Positions 16,914 through 24,751 of a DNA stretch of 32,000 bases are shown piece by piece. Origin of the DNA: an uncultured Opitutales bacterium (GTDB taxonomy: Bacteria; Verrucomicrobiota; Verrucomicrobiia; Opitutales; Intestinicryptomonadaceae); assembly GCA_934660865.1 (NCBI GenBank), contig CAKUIA010000014.1, positions 1 to 32,000 on the forward strand, given 5' to 3'. The notes under the pieces were generated by a model. That model was not told the origin of the DNA. It saw nothing but the letters and a program-made list of their open reading frames with translations, and made no database searches. Made by a program: the position numbers and the translations under genes. The stretch's first letter is position 1. Each line of letters opens with the position of its first letter.

Positions 16914-18140
16914 ATGGCATTGATAGTGCAAAAATACGGCGGAACTTCCGTCGGAGACACGGTTAGAATTAAGGCCGTAGCCGAACGCGTAAAAAGCTAT
17001 GTAGACAGGGGCGACCAGGTTGTAGTTGTCGTGTCGGCTCGTAGCGGCGTAACAAACGAGCTTATTGCAAGGGCAAAATCGCTTACAACTGCGCCCGACG
17101 AGCGCGAAATGGACATGCTGCTTGTTGCAGGCGAGCAGGAAACCATTGCGCTTACGGCAATAGCGCTACATTCGGTTGGCGTAAAGGCGGTTTCGCGCAC
17201 GGGCAAACAGGCGGGCATTATAACCGACACCGTGCACACAAAGGCGCGCATTGCAAAAATTACCGGCGGCGACATTAAAGAGCAGCTCGACAAAGGCAAC
17301 GTGGTTGTTGTTGCGGGCTTTCAGGGAGCTACCGACGAAGGCGACATTACAACCCTCGGTCGCGGCGGCAGCGACTTGTCGGCGGTTGCACTGGCTGCAG
17401 CCTTAAAGGCCGACGTATGCCAAATCTACACCGACGTAGACGGCATTTACACCGCCGACCCGCGCATAGTAAGATACGCCCGCAAAATCCCCGAAATGTC
17501 GTATAGCGAGCTTTTGGAATTGGCTTCGAGCGGCTCCAAAGTTATGCAGGCGCGCTCGGTGGAATTTGCGCGCAAACACAATGTAGTATTCGAAGTAAGA
17601 TCAAGCTTTAACAATCAACCCGGAACAATAGTGAAATCTAAAGTATCTTCAATGGAAAGCCTTGTCGTAAGCGGCATAGCGGTAGACAAAAATCAGGTAA
17701 AAGTAACACTTGTAGGCCTTAGCGACAAACCAGGAGTTGCCGCCAAGGTATTCGAAAATTTGGCCGAAGCAAACATAGTTGTAGACATGATTGTGCAAAA
17801 CGTAGGCCGCGGCGGAAAGGCAAACCTTACGTTTACCGTTCCCAAAGAAGACGCCGAAAAAACAAAGAAGCTTTTAGACGAAGCCTCGGGCGACTTAAAG
17901 GAAGCCCATGTAGAATCCGTGTCGGAAATAGCAAAGGTTTCGGCGGTAGGCATCGGCATGAAGTCGCATAGCGGCGTTGCAGCCACATTCTTCGGCGCAT
18001 TGGCAAGGGCGGGCATAAATGTAGAGCTTATCACTACAAGCGAAATTAAAATAGCCGTAGGCATAGACTTAAAACGCGCCGACGAAGCCGTAAACTTGCT
18101 GCACAGCGCATTCGATTTAGACGACAAAACGCAGGACTAG
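16914..18140 (+). CDS. lysC: Aspartate kinase, monofunctional, with tandem ACT domains
   Basis: 408 aa. N-terminal MALIVQKYGGTSVGD; VVVVSARSGVTNEL; TLGRGGSDLSAVALAAAL; DVDGIYTADPR; two ACT-like repeats at the C-terminus. Confidence 0.95.
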   Translation: MALIVQKYGGTSVGDTVRIKAVAERVKSYVDRGDQVVVVVSARSGVTNELIARAKSLTTAPDEREMDMLLVAGEQETIALTAIALHSVGVKAVSRTGKQAGIITDTVHTKARIAKITGGDIKEQLDKGNVVVVAGFQGATDEGDITTLGRGGSDLSAVALAAALKADVCQIYTDVDGIYTADPRIVRYARKIPEMSYSELLELASSGSKVMQARSVEFARKHNVVFEVRSSFNNQPGTIVKSKVSSMESLVVSGIAVDKNQVKVTLVGLSDKPGVAAKVFENLAEANIVVDMIVQNVGRGGKANLTFTVPKEDAEKTKKLLDEASGDLKEAHVESVSEIAKVSAVGIGMKSHSGVAATFFGALARAGINVELITTSEIKIAVGIDLKRADEAVNLLHSAFDLDDKTQD

Positions 18141-18144
18141 TAAA

Positions 18145-19515
18145 ATGAAGTTTGTTAGCACACGAGGTTCGGCCGCCCCTTTGGGCTTTAGCGCGGCGGT
18201 AGAAGAGGGGCTTGCCCCCGACGGCGGGCTTTACGTTCCCGAAACTTTCCCGAAAATAGACGGCTTTTTCGACGAATGGGAAAAGCTCGACTACCCCTCG
18301 CTGTGCTTCGAATTTCTTAAACTTTTTGCAAACGACATTCCCGAAAGCGACTTAAAAAAAGTTGTTTTTGCCTCGTACAAAAAGTTCGACGACGTTTCGG
18401 TTGCCCCCCTAAAAAAGCTGGGCGAAAAGCTTTATGTTTTAGAGCTTTTTCACGGGCCGACACTGGCGTTTAAAGACTTTGCTTTGCAGCTTTTGGGCAA
18501 TTTGTACGAATATTTGCTGGCAAAGGGCAACCGAACGATAAACGTTTTGGGGGCAACCAGCGGCGACACGGGCAGCGCGGCAATAAACGGTTTGCTCGGC
18601 AAAAAGGGCGTAAACATATTCATACTTTATCCGCACGGCAGGGTTTCGCCTTTGCAGGAAAGGCAGATGACATGCACGGGGGCTAAAAACGTTTTCCCCA
18701 TTGCAATAGACGGCACTTTCGACGACGCGCAATTTTTGGTAAAAAGCCTTTTCGGCGATGTGGAATTTAAACGCAAATGGAGGCTTAGCGCGGTAAACTC
18801 CATAAACTTGGCGCGAATTTTGGCGCAGTGCGTATATTATATTTACGCCTACCTAAAGATAGAAAAATCGCAAAGGCAAAACGTTTTGTTTACGGTGCCT
18901 ACGGGCAATTTCGGCAATGTTTTGGCCGGCTGGTTTGCCTACAAAATGGGCATGAAAGTTGCGGGCTTTAAGGTTGCAACAAACCAAAACGACATTCTGC
19001 ACAGGCTCTTTACAAGCGGCGTATACAAGCTTGGCGACGTTGTTCCAAGCTATGCGCCGTCTATGGACATTCAGGTTGCCTCTAATTTCGAGCGTTTTAT
19101 TTATTATCTCGAAAACGAAAACGCCGAAAAGGTATGCGAAATTATGCAGTCGTTTAAGCGCGACAAGGTTTGGAAGTTCGACAACTTTTGCGCTCCCGAA
19201 TTTTCGTCCAGCAAGATGGACGACTCTCAAATTCCGCAAACGGTAAAAGATGTATACGAAAAGTACGGCTATGTTGTAGACCCGCATACGGCCTGCGCTT
19301 TTGCCGATATAGACAAAAACAGGCTAAATATTTTGCTTTCGACGGCAAGCCCCGCAAAGTTCCCCGATTTGATAATAAAGGCGATAGGCGTAGAGCCAAA
19401 ATCGCCCTTGTTGGAGGAGCTTAAAACAAGGGAAATTATTGCCGAAAATATGCCTGCAAACGAAGAAACTTTGAGAAATTATATAGAGCAAAAAGGTCTA
19501 AAAAATGGGCAATAA
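18145..19515 (+). CDS. thrC: Threonine synthase (long form)
   Basis: 456 aa. MKFVSTRG N-terminus; PLP-lysine motif GPTLAFKDFALQ; GATSGDTGSAA; VPTGNFGNV. The start lies 4 nt after the lysC stop. Confidence 0.93.
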   Translation: MKFVSTRGSAAPLGFSAAVEEGLAPDGGLYVPETFPKIDGFFDEWEKLDYPSLCFEFLKLFANDIPESDLKKVVFASYKKFDDVSVAPLKKLGEKLYVLELFHGPTLAFKDFALQLLGNLYEYLLAKGNRTINVLGATSGDTGSAAINGLLGKKGVNIFILYPHGRVSPLQERQMTCTGAKNVFPIAIDGTFDDAQFLVKSLFGDVEFKRKWRLSAVNSINLARILAQCVYYIYAYLKIEKSQRQNVLFTVPTGNFGNVLAGWFAYKMGMKVAGFKVATNQNDILHRLFTSGVYKLGDVVPSYAPSMDIQVASNFERFIYYLENENAEKVCEIMQSFKRDKVWKFDNFCAPEFSSSKMDDSQIPQTVKDVYEKYGYVVDPHTACAFADIDKNRLNILLSTASPAKFPDLIIKAIGVEPKSPLLEELKTREIIAENMPANEETLRNYIEQKGLKNGQ

Positions 19516-21085
19516 AATCTTTATATACGATACAACTTTAAGGGACGGAACGCAGGGCGAGGGCGTTTCGATGTCGGTGGCCTCTAAGCTTAGGCTTGCC
19601 GAAAAGATGGACCAGTTTGGCATAGACTATATAGAGGGCGGCTGGCCGGGCTCGAACCCGCGCGATATGGCGTTTTTTGAGGGAGCAAAAAAACTCAATT
19701 TAAAGCACGCAAAAATTGCGGCTTTCGGCTCTACGCGTCGCGCAAACATTGCGGTGCAAGACGACAACCAGCTTAAGCTTTTAATAGATTCGGGGGCGCA
19801 ATGCCTTACAATTTTCGGCAAAACCTGGTTGCTGCATGTAACCGAAGTAATTAAAACCACGCCCGAAGAAAATCTTAAAATGATTTTCGAAAGCGTGCAG
19901 TTTTTAAAGAGCCACAACAAAACCGTTGTATACGACGCCGAACACTTTTTTGACGGCTACAAAGACAACGCCGAATATGCCCTTGCAACGCTGAAAGCCG
20001 CAAAAGACGCGGGGGCGGACTTTATATGCCTGTGCGACACAAACGGCGGCACAATGATAGAGGAATTTAAAAAAATTCTTGCCGACGTGGTAAAAAACAT
20101 AGATTTGCCCATTGGCATTCACTGCCATAACGACTGCGGTTTGGCGGTTGCGCTTTCGCTTTGCGGCGTAGAGTGCGGGGCGGTGATGGTGCAGGGCACT
20201 ATGAACGGCCTGGGCGAACGCAACGGCAATGCGAATTTGTGCACTATTATGGCGAACTTGTCCCTTAAAATGGGCTTTTCGCTTAACTGTTCGCCGAATA
20301 TGAAAAAGCTGCGCGAGCTTTCTCTTTTTGCCGACGAAATGGCAAATATGCGCAGCGACAACAGGAATCCCTATGTGGGGGCTTCGTCTTTTGCCCACAA
20401 AGGAGGGGTGCACGCCGATGCCGCAAACAAGGTTAAGTGCAGCTACGAGCATATAGACCCTTCGCTTGTAGGCAACAAAACAAGGGTTTTAGTTAGCGAT
20501 ATGTCGGGCAGAAGCTCGATTATGATGAAGGCAAAAGAGCTTGGCGTTAATATAGACGCGAAAAACCCCGAAATTAAGGAGTTTTTAAACGAGCTAAAGG
20601 AAATGGAATTTAAGGGCTACGAATACGAAGCCGCCGACGCCTCGTTTTCGCTTTTGCTTTCTAAATTTTTGCACAAAGACAAGGAATTTTTCAAAGTCAG
20701 GGGCTACAGGGTTATTGTAGAGAAAAACGAGTTCGAAAAACGCATTCGCTCTGAGGCAACCGTAAAGATAGAGGTAGACGGCAACATTGAACATACCGTT
20801 GCCGAAGCCCACGGGCCGGTTGCAGCCTTGGATATGGCGTTAAGGAAATCGCTTGTAAACAAGTTCCCGCAGCTTAAAGACATTGAATTGACCGACTTTA
20901 AAGTGCGCATTCTCGACAGCGGCGCGGGCACAAACGCGATAACAAGGGTGCTTATAGAGACCAAAGACGGCGACTCGATTTGGGGCACCGTTGGGGCTTC
21001 CGACAACATAATAGAAGCTTCGTGGGAGTCTTTAAAAGATTCGGTTGAATACAAGCTGCAAAAAGACAAAAACAAGAATAAATAG
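19505..21085 (+). CDS. cimA: (R)-citramalate synthase, TIGR00977-type (LeuA-related)
   Basis: 526 aa. IYDTTLRDGTQGEGVS, IEGGWPGSNPRD, HCHNDCGLAVA and the C-terminal LeuA-dimer-like regulatory domain. The GGWPGSNP block and the length fit the CimA clade rather than canonical LeuA. The gene overlaps the thrC 3' end by 11 nt. Confidence 0.8.
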   Translation: MGNKIFIYDTTLRDGTQGEGVSMSVASKLRLAEKMDQFGIDYIEGGWPGSNPRDMAFFEGAKKLNLKHAKIAAFGSTRRANIAVQDDNQLKLLIDSGAQCLTIFGKTWLLHVTEVIKTTPEENLKMIFESVQFLKSHNKTVVYDAEHFFDGYKDNAEYALATLKAAKDAGADFICLCDTNGGTMIEEFKKILADVVKNIDLPIGIHCHNDCGLAVALSLCGVECGAVMVQGTMNGLGERNGNANLCTIMANLSLKMGFSLNCSPNMKKLRELSLFADEMANMRSDNRNPYVGASSFAHKGGVHADAANKVKCSYEHIDPSLVGNKTRVLVSDMSGRSSIMMKAKELGVNIDAKNPEIKEFLNELKEMEFKGYEYEAADASFSLLLSKFLHKDKEFFKVRGYRVIVEKNEFEKRIRSEATVKIEVDGNIEHTVAEAHGPVAALDMALRKSLVNKFPQLKDIELTDFKVRILDSGAGTNAITRVLIETKDGDSIWGTVGASDNIIEASWESLKDSVEYKLQKDKNKNK

Positions 21086-21123
21086 CTTTGCCTTTTTATA
21101 CTGTTTGTGCAACAATTTAAAGA

Positions 21124-23007
21124 ATGTCGGATAAATACAAATTAATAGACCTAAAGAAATCCATAAAAAACGGCTTTCTTAAGTTCTTGTACGGCGTCTT
21201 TGGTTGGCCGCTGGAACGCTTCCTTAAAATTCAAAAGGTAAATAGTTGCTATAACTTTATTCTTGAACACCCAGAGCTTGGCAACTTTTTCGACAAGGCG
21301 TTGGTTTCGCTGGGGGCTTCGGTTGAAGTTTCGCAGGACGATTTGCAGCGCATACCCAAAGAAGGTCCGCTTATTATTGTTTCGAACCACCCGTACGGCG
21401 GGCTAGACGGCATTGCTTTGGGCTCTTTAATGCTGCGCGTTAGGGACGATTTTAAATTTATGGCAAACGGGCTGCTTGCCCATATGGAGCTTATAAAGCC
21501 CTATTTAATTCAGGTAAATCCCTTCGGCGGCAAAAACGCCATTAAGGAAAACATAGCGGCTTTAAAAGACACCATAAAGTTTTTAAAACAAGGAGGGGCA
21601 ATCTCCACATTTCCGTCGGGCACGGTTTCGCATTTGCAACTAAAAAAAATGCAGATTACCGACCCCGTTTGGAACGAAAATATCGCAAACATTGCCAAGC
21701 GCACAAACGCAACGGTTTTGCCCGTCTACATAGAGGGCTGCAACAGCGTGCTGTTCCAGATAATGGGGCTTATACACCCGATTTTGCGCACTGTAATGCT
21801 GCCGCGCGAAATGGTAAGCCGCCCCAAAAAAGGGCTTATAAAAATAAAGATAGGCAAGCCCATAAGCCCAAAAAAAATGTCGTATTTCGATACCGACAAA
21901 GAGCTTACCGCGTGGTTTAGGCTTAACACCTATATGCTGCGCGAAAGGGCAAAAACTTCGGAAACTTCGTATTTCGATTTCGGCAGCCTTGTGCAGAATT
22001 TAGGGCGCATAATTCCCGTAAAAAAAGCGCAAATGCAGGAGATTATAGCCCCCATTAACCCCGACGAAATGGAGGCCGAAATTAAAGCCCTGCCCGAGGA
22101 AAATACTTTGATTAAGGGCGAAAAAATTTCGGTATACTACGCGTATGCCTGGCAGATAAAGCGCACAATGTTCGAAATTGGCAGGCTTAGGGAAATTACC
22201 TTCCGTTCGGTCGGCGAGGGCACGGGCAAGAGTTTTGATATAGACGAATTCGACTCGTACTACCTGCACATATTTATGTGGGACAGCCAGGAGCGCAAGA
22301 TTGTAGGGGCTTACAGAGTGGGGCGCACCGACAAAATTATGGAGTCGCTTGGGCTGCAGGGCTTGTATACTACAACGCTTTTTAAGATAAAAAAAGAGCT
22401 GTTCGACAAGATAAACCCCGCGCTTGAAATGGGCAGGTCGTTCATAACAATAGAATACCAAAAAAAGCGTTCTACGCTTGCGTTGTTGTGGAGGGGAATT
22501 GGAGTTTACGTTTCGCGCAAGCCCTACTATAAAACGCTTTTTGGCCCCGTTAGCATTAACCCCGAATACAACGCGGTTTCAAAAGACTTGATTGTGCAGT
22601 TTTTGTCGGAACACAAAATTGCCACAAAGCTTTCAAGGTATGTTAAGGCAAAAAAGCCGCCAAAAGTTAAGCTAAACGCCGCCGACAAAGAGTGCGTAGT
22701 TTCGTGCAAGACCGATGTCGATTCCATATCGGCGTTGATTTCCGAAATAGAGGTAGACAACAAGGGTATTCCCACACTGCTTAAGCACTACCTGAAATTA
22801 AACGGGCAAATTTTGTCCTTTAATGTAGACCCGGATTTCGGCAACTGTTTGGACGGTTTGATAATGGTTAACCTAAGCAATACCGATTTTTCGCTGCTTA
22901 AAGTTTATATGGGCGAAGAGCAGGCAAAAAAATATCTGCAGTATCAAAAAGAACTGCAAAGCAAAGAGCAAAGCGGCGAAGGGGCGCTTGCCGCTCCGCA
23001 AAATTAA
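21124..23007 (+). CDS. Two-domain acyltransferase: N-terminal PlsC/lysophospholipid acyltransferase-like domain plus C-terminal GNAT (hemolysin/OlsB-like N-acyltransferase) domain; OlsF-like
   Basis: 627 aa. The N-terminal half has IIVSNHPYGGLDG and FPSGTVS (acyltransferase blocks). The C-terminal half has FDSYYLHIFMWDSQERKIVGAYRVG...LEMGRSFITIEYQKKRSTLALLWRGIG, the pattern of Acetyltransf_5/OlsB-type N-acyltransferases. Confidence 0.75.
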   Translation: MSDKYKLIDLKKSIKNGFLKFLYGVFGWPLERFLKIQKVNSCYNFILEHPELGNFFDKALVSLGASVEVSQDDLQRIPKEGPLIIVSNHPYGGLDGIALGSLMLRVRDDFKFMANGLLAHMELIKPYLIQVNPFGGKNAIKENIAALKDTIKFLKQGGAISTFPSGTVSHLQLKKMQITDPVWNENIANIAKRTNATVLPVYIEGCNSVLFQIMGLIHPILRTVMLPREMVSRPKKGLIKIKIGKPISPKKMSYFDTDKELTAWFRLNTYMLRERAKTSETSYFDFGSLVQNLGRIIPVKKAQMQEIIAPINPDEMEAEIKALPEENTLIKGEKISVYYAYAWQIKRTMFEIGRLREITFRSVGEGTGKSFDIDEFDSYYLHIFMWDSQERKIVGAYRVGRTDKIMESLGLQGLYTTTLFKIKKELFDKINPALEMGRSFITIEYQKKRSTLALLWRGIGVYVSRKPYYKTLFGPVSINPEYNAVSKDLIVQFLSEHKIATKLSRYVKAKKPPKVKLNAADKECVVSCKTDVDSISALISEIEVDNKGIPTLLKHYLKLNGQILSFNVDPDFGNCLDGLIMVNLSNTDFSLLKVYMGEEQAKKYLQYQKELQSKEQSGEGALAAPQN

Positions 23008-23047
23008 AACAAAACGCAAATTTTTGCAAAGTTTGGGCCGCTTTTTG

Positions 23048-23084
23048 GGTGCGCAAAGTTTTTTGCGCGCCTTTTGTTTTTTTT
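23048..23084 (+). terminator. Intrinsic terminator after the OlsF-like gene
   Basis: ggtgcgcaaa-gttt-tttgcgcgcc stem followed by ttttgtttttttt. Confidence 0.6.
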
Positions 23085-23113
23085 GCAAAGCGCAAATCTG
23101 GTTATTTTTTGCG

Positions 23114-23158
23114 CAAAAAAACTCCGAAAGTTTTATCGCTTTCGGAGTTTTCGTTTTT
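23114..23158. terminator. Bidirectional intrinsic terminator (serves the minus-strand CoA-transferase gene)
   Basis: aaaaaa-actccgaaag-ttttatcg-ctttcggagt-tttcgttttt: a perfect 10-bp stem with an A-tract on one side and a T-tract on the other. Confidence 0.75.
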
Positions 23159-23172
23159 ATGTATTTTGCAAA

Positions 23173-24654
23173 TTAGAATTCGGCCTTGTGCATATCGCCG
23201 CAGTTTACAAAAGCTTCGTGGAAAGCGTATGCCTTTGCAAGAGTTTGCGGGGTGTGCCCGTGTTTTACCGAGGCCAAGTATTTCCTAAGCAAATCTCTGT
23301 ATTCGGGGGCTGCAACGTTTTCGATTATAAGTTGCGCTCTTTCCATGGGTGTTTTGCCGCGCAAGTCTGCTACGCCGTATTCCGAAACCAAAATCTTTAC
23401 GGTGTGTTCGGTGTGGTCTACGTGCGAGCACATGGGAACAAACGAGCTTATCAGCCCGCCCTTTGCCAACGACGGCGTTGTAAAGATAGAAAGGTAGCCG
23501 GAGCTTGTAAAGTCGGCCGAGCCGCCTATGCCGTTCATCATCTTTTGACCCATAATGTGGGTGCTGTTTACATTGCCGAACAAGTCTGCTTCTATGGCGG
23601 TGTTAATCGAGATAATGCCTATGCGTCTCGAAACTTCGGGGTTGTTCGAAATTTCCTGCGGCCTTAGAACAATCTTGCTCTTGTAGTAGTCCAGGTTCGA
23701 ATATACCTTCTGCAATTTGTCGGGCGTAATTGTAAGAGACGTTGCCGAAACAAAGTTAATTCTGCCTTCTTCTACCAGGTCTATAACCGAGTCTTGCGCA
23801 ACTTCCGAATACATTGTAAAGGCGGGAATTTCGGGGTGTTCGCCCATGGCCTTTAGCACCGCGTTTGCAATGTTGCCTACGCCGCTTTGCAGGGGAAGAA
23901 ATGTGTTGGGTATTCTGCCCGCTCTCATTTCGGCGGCAAAGAAGTTTGCAACGTTTTCGCCGATTTTGTGGGTGATTGGGTCTGACGGCTTAAAGCCAGC
24001 AACTTCGTCGTGGCTGTTTGTCTTTACAATGCCGACAATCTTTTTCGGGTCTACCTTAACGGTTTGCGAGCCGCCCCTGTCGGATACCTTGAAAATCGGA
24101 ATGGATTTTCTGAAAGGCGGGTTGTCCATTTCGATAATGTCGTGAATGCCCCTTAAAGCGGCGGGGTGGTATTCGTTCAATTCTATGATGATTTTGTCGG
24201 CCAAGTGCAGGGCGGTGGGGGCAATGCCGACCGACGTTGTAAGCACAATCTCGCCGTCGTCGCTTACATCGCAGGCTTCAACAATGGCCCAGTTGAATTT
24301 GCCGTAAAAGCCGTAGCGCATTTCCTGCGCCAAAACCGAAAGGTTCATATCAACATACTTTACGGTGCCCGCATTTATTCTTTCGCGCAGGTCTTTGTTT
24401 GTCTGGTAGGGAGCTCGGAAGTTAATCGCGTCGGCCTGGGCTAAAACGCCGTCGCACGAAGGACCTGTAGAAGCGCCGCTATATAGATTGATTTTAAAGG
24501 GTCTGCCCGCCGCATGTTCGGCTTTTGCCTTTTCGGCAATGGCTGCGGGAACCGCTTTAAGAGAGCCAGCCGGCGTAAAACCGCTTACGCAAACTTGGTC
24601 TTGGTTGTTTATAAGGCTTGCAGCCTCTTGTGCTGTCAGTATTGGGTAATTCAT
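23173..24654 (-). CDS. scpC: Acetyl-CoA hydrolase/transferase family enzyme, ScpC/YgfH-type succinate (propionyl-CoA:succinate or succinyl-CoA:acetate) CoA-transferase
   Basis: The 493-aa protein appears colinear, by my recollection, with E. coli YgfH/ScpC along its whole length. Matching blocks include SGFTPAGSLKAVPAAIA, PLQSGVGNIANAV, YSEVAQDSV, VLRPQEISNNPE, MNGIGGSADF and VPMCSHVDHTEH. Confidence 0.88.
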   Translation of the reverse strand: MNYPILTAQEAASLINNQDQVCVSGFTPAGSLKAVPAAIAEKAKAEHAAGRPFKINLYSGASTGPSCDGVLAQADAINFRAPYQTNKDLRERINAGTVKYVDMNLSVLAQEMRYGFYGKFNWAIVEACDVSDDGEIVLTTSVGIAPTALHLADKIIIELNEYHPAALRGIHDIIEMDNPPFRKSIPIFKVSDRGGSQTVKVDPKKIVGIVKTNSHDEVAGFKPSDPITHKIGENVANFFAAEMRAGRIPNTFLPLQSGVGNIANAVLKAMGEHPEIPAFTMYSEVAQDSVIDLVEEGRINFVSATSLTITPDKLQKVYSNLDYYKSKIVLRPQEISNNPEVSRRIGIISINTAIEADLFGNVNSTHIMGQKMMNGIGGSADFTSSGYLSIFTTPSLAKGGLISSFVPMCSHVDHTEHTVKILVSEYGVADLRGKTPMERAQLIIENVAAPEYRDLLRKYLASVKHGHTPQTLAKAYAFHEAFVNCGDMHKAEF

Positions 24655-24703
24655 TTTATTTGTTGAATTTTATTTGTTTTAAATTTGTGTTTATATATGA
24701 ATT

Positions 24704-24732
24704 AAGGGGCAAACTTTGAATATTTGCCCCTT
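24704..24732 (-). other. Stem-loop between the oadB-like gene and the CoA-transferase gene
   Basis: aaggggcaaa-ctttgaata-tttgcccctt is a perfect 10-bp stem with no clear T-tract on the minus strand. It could be a partial terminator or an mRNA processing/stability element. Confidence 0.4.
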
Positions 24733-24751
24733 GTTAAATATTTGATGTTTA

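Noticed and set aside
19904-21075. Minus-strand ORFs (182 aa, 123 aa and others) within cimA
   Set aside because: They are antisense to a well-supported citramalate synthase gene and have no recognisable domains.
23074-24444. Plus-strand ORFs (197, 103, 142 and 92 aa) across the CoA-transferase gene
   Set aside because: They are antisense to the ScpC-like gene. The 197-aa ORF starts inside the terminator-rich intergenic region.
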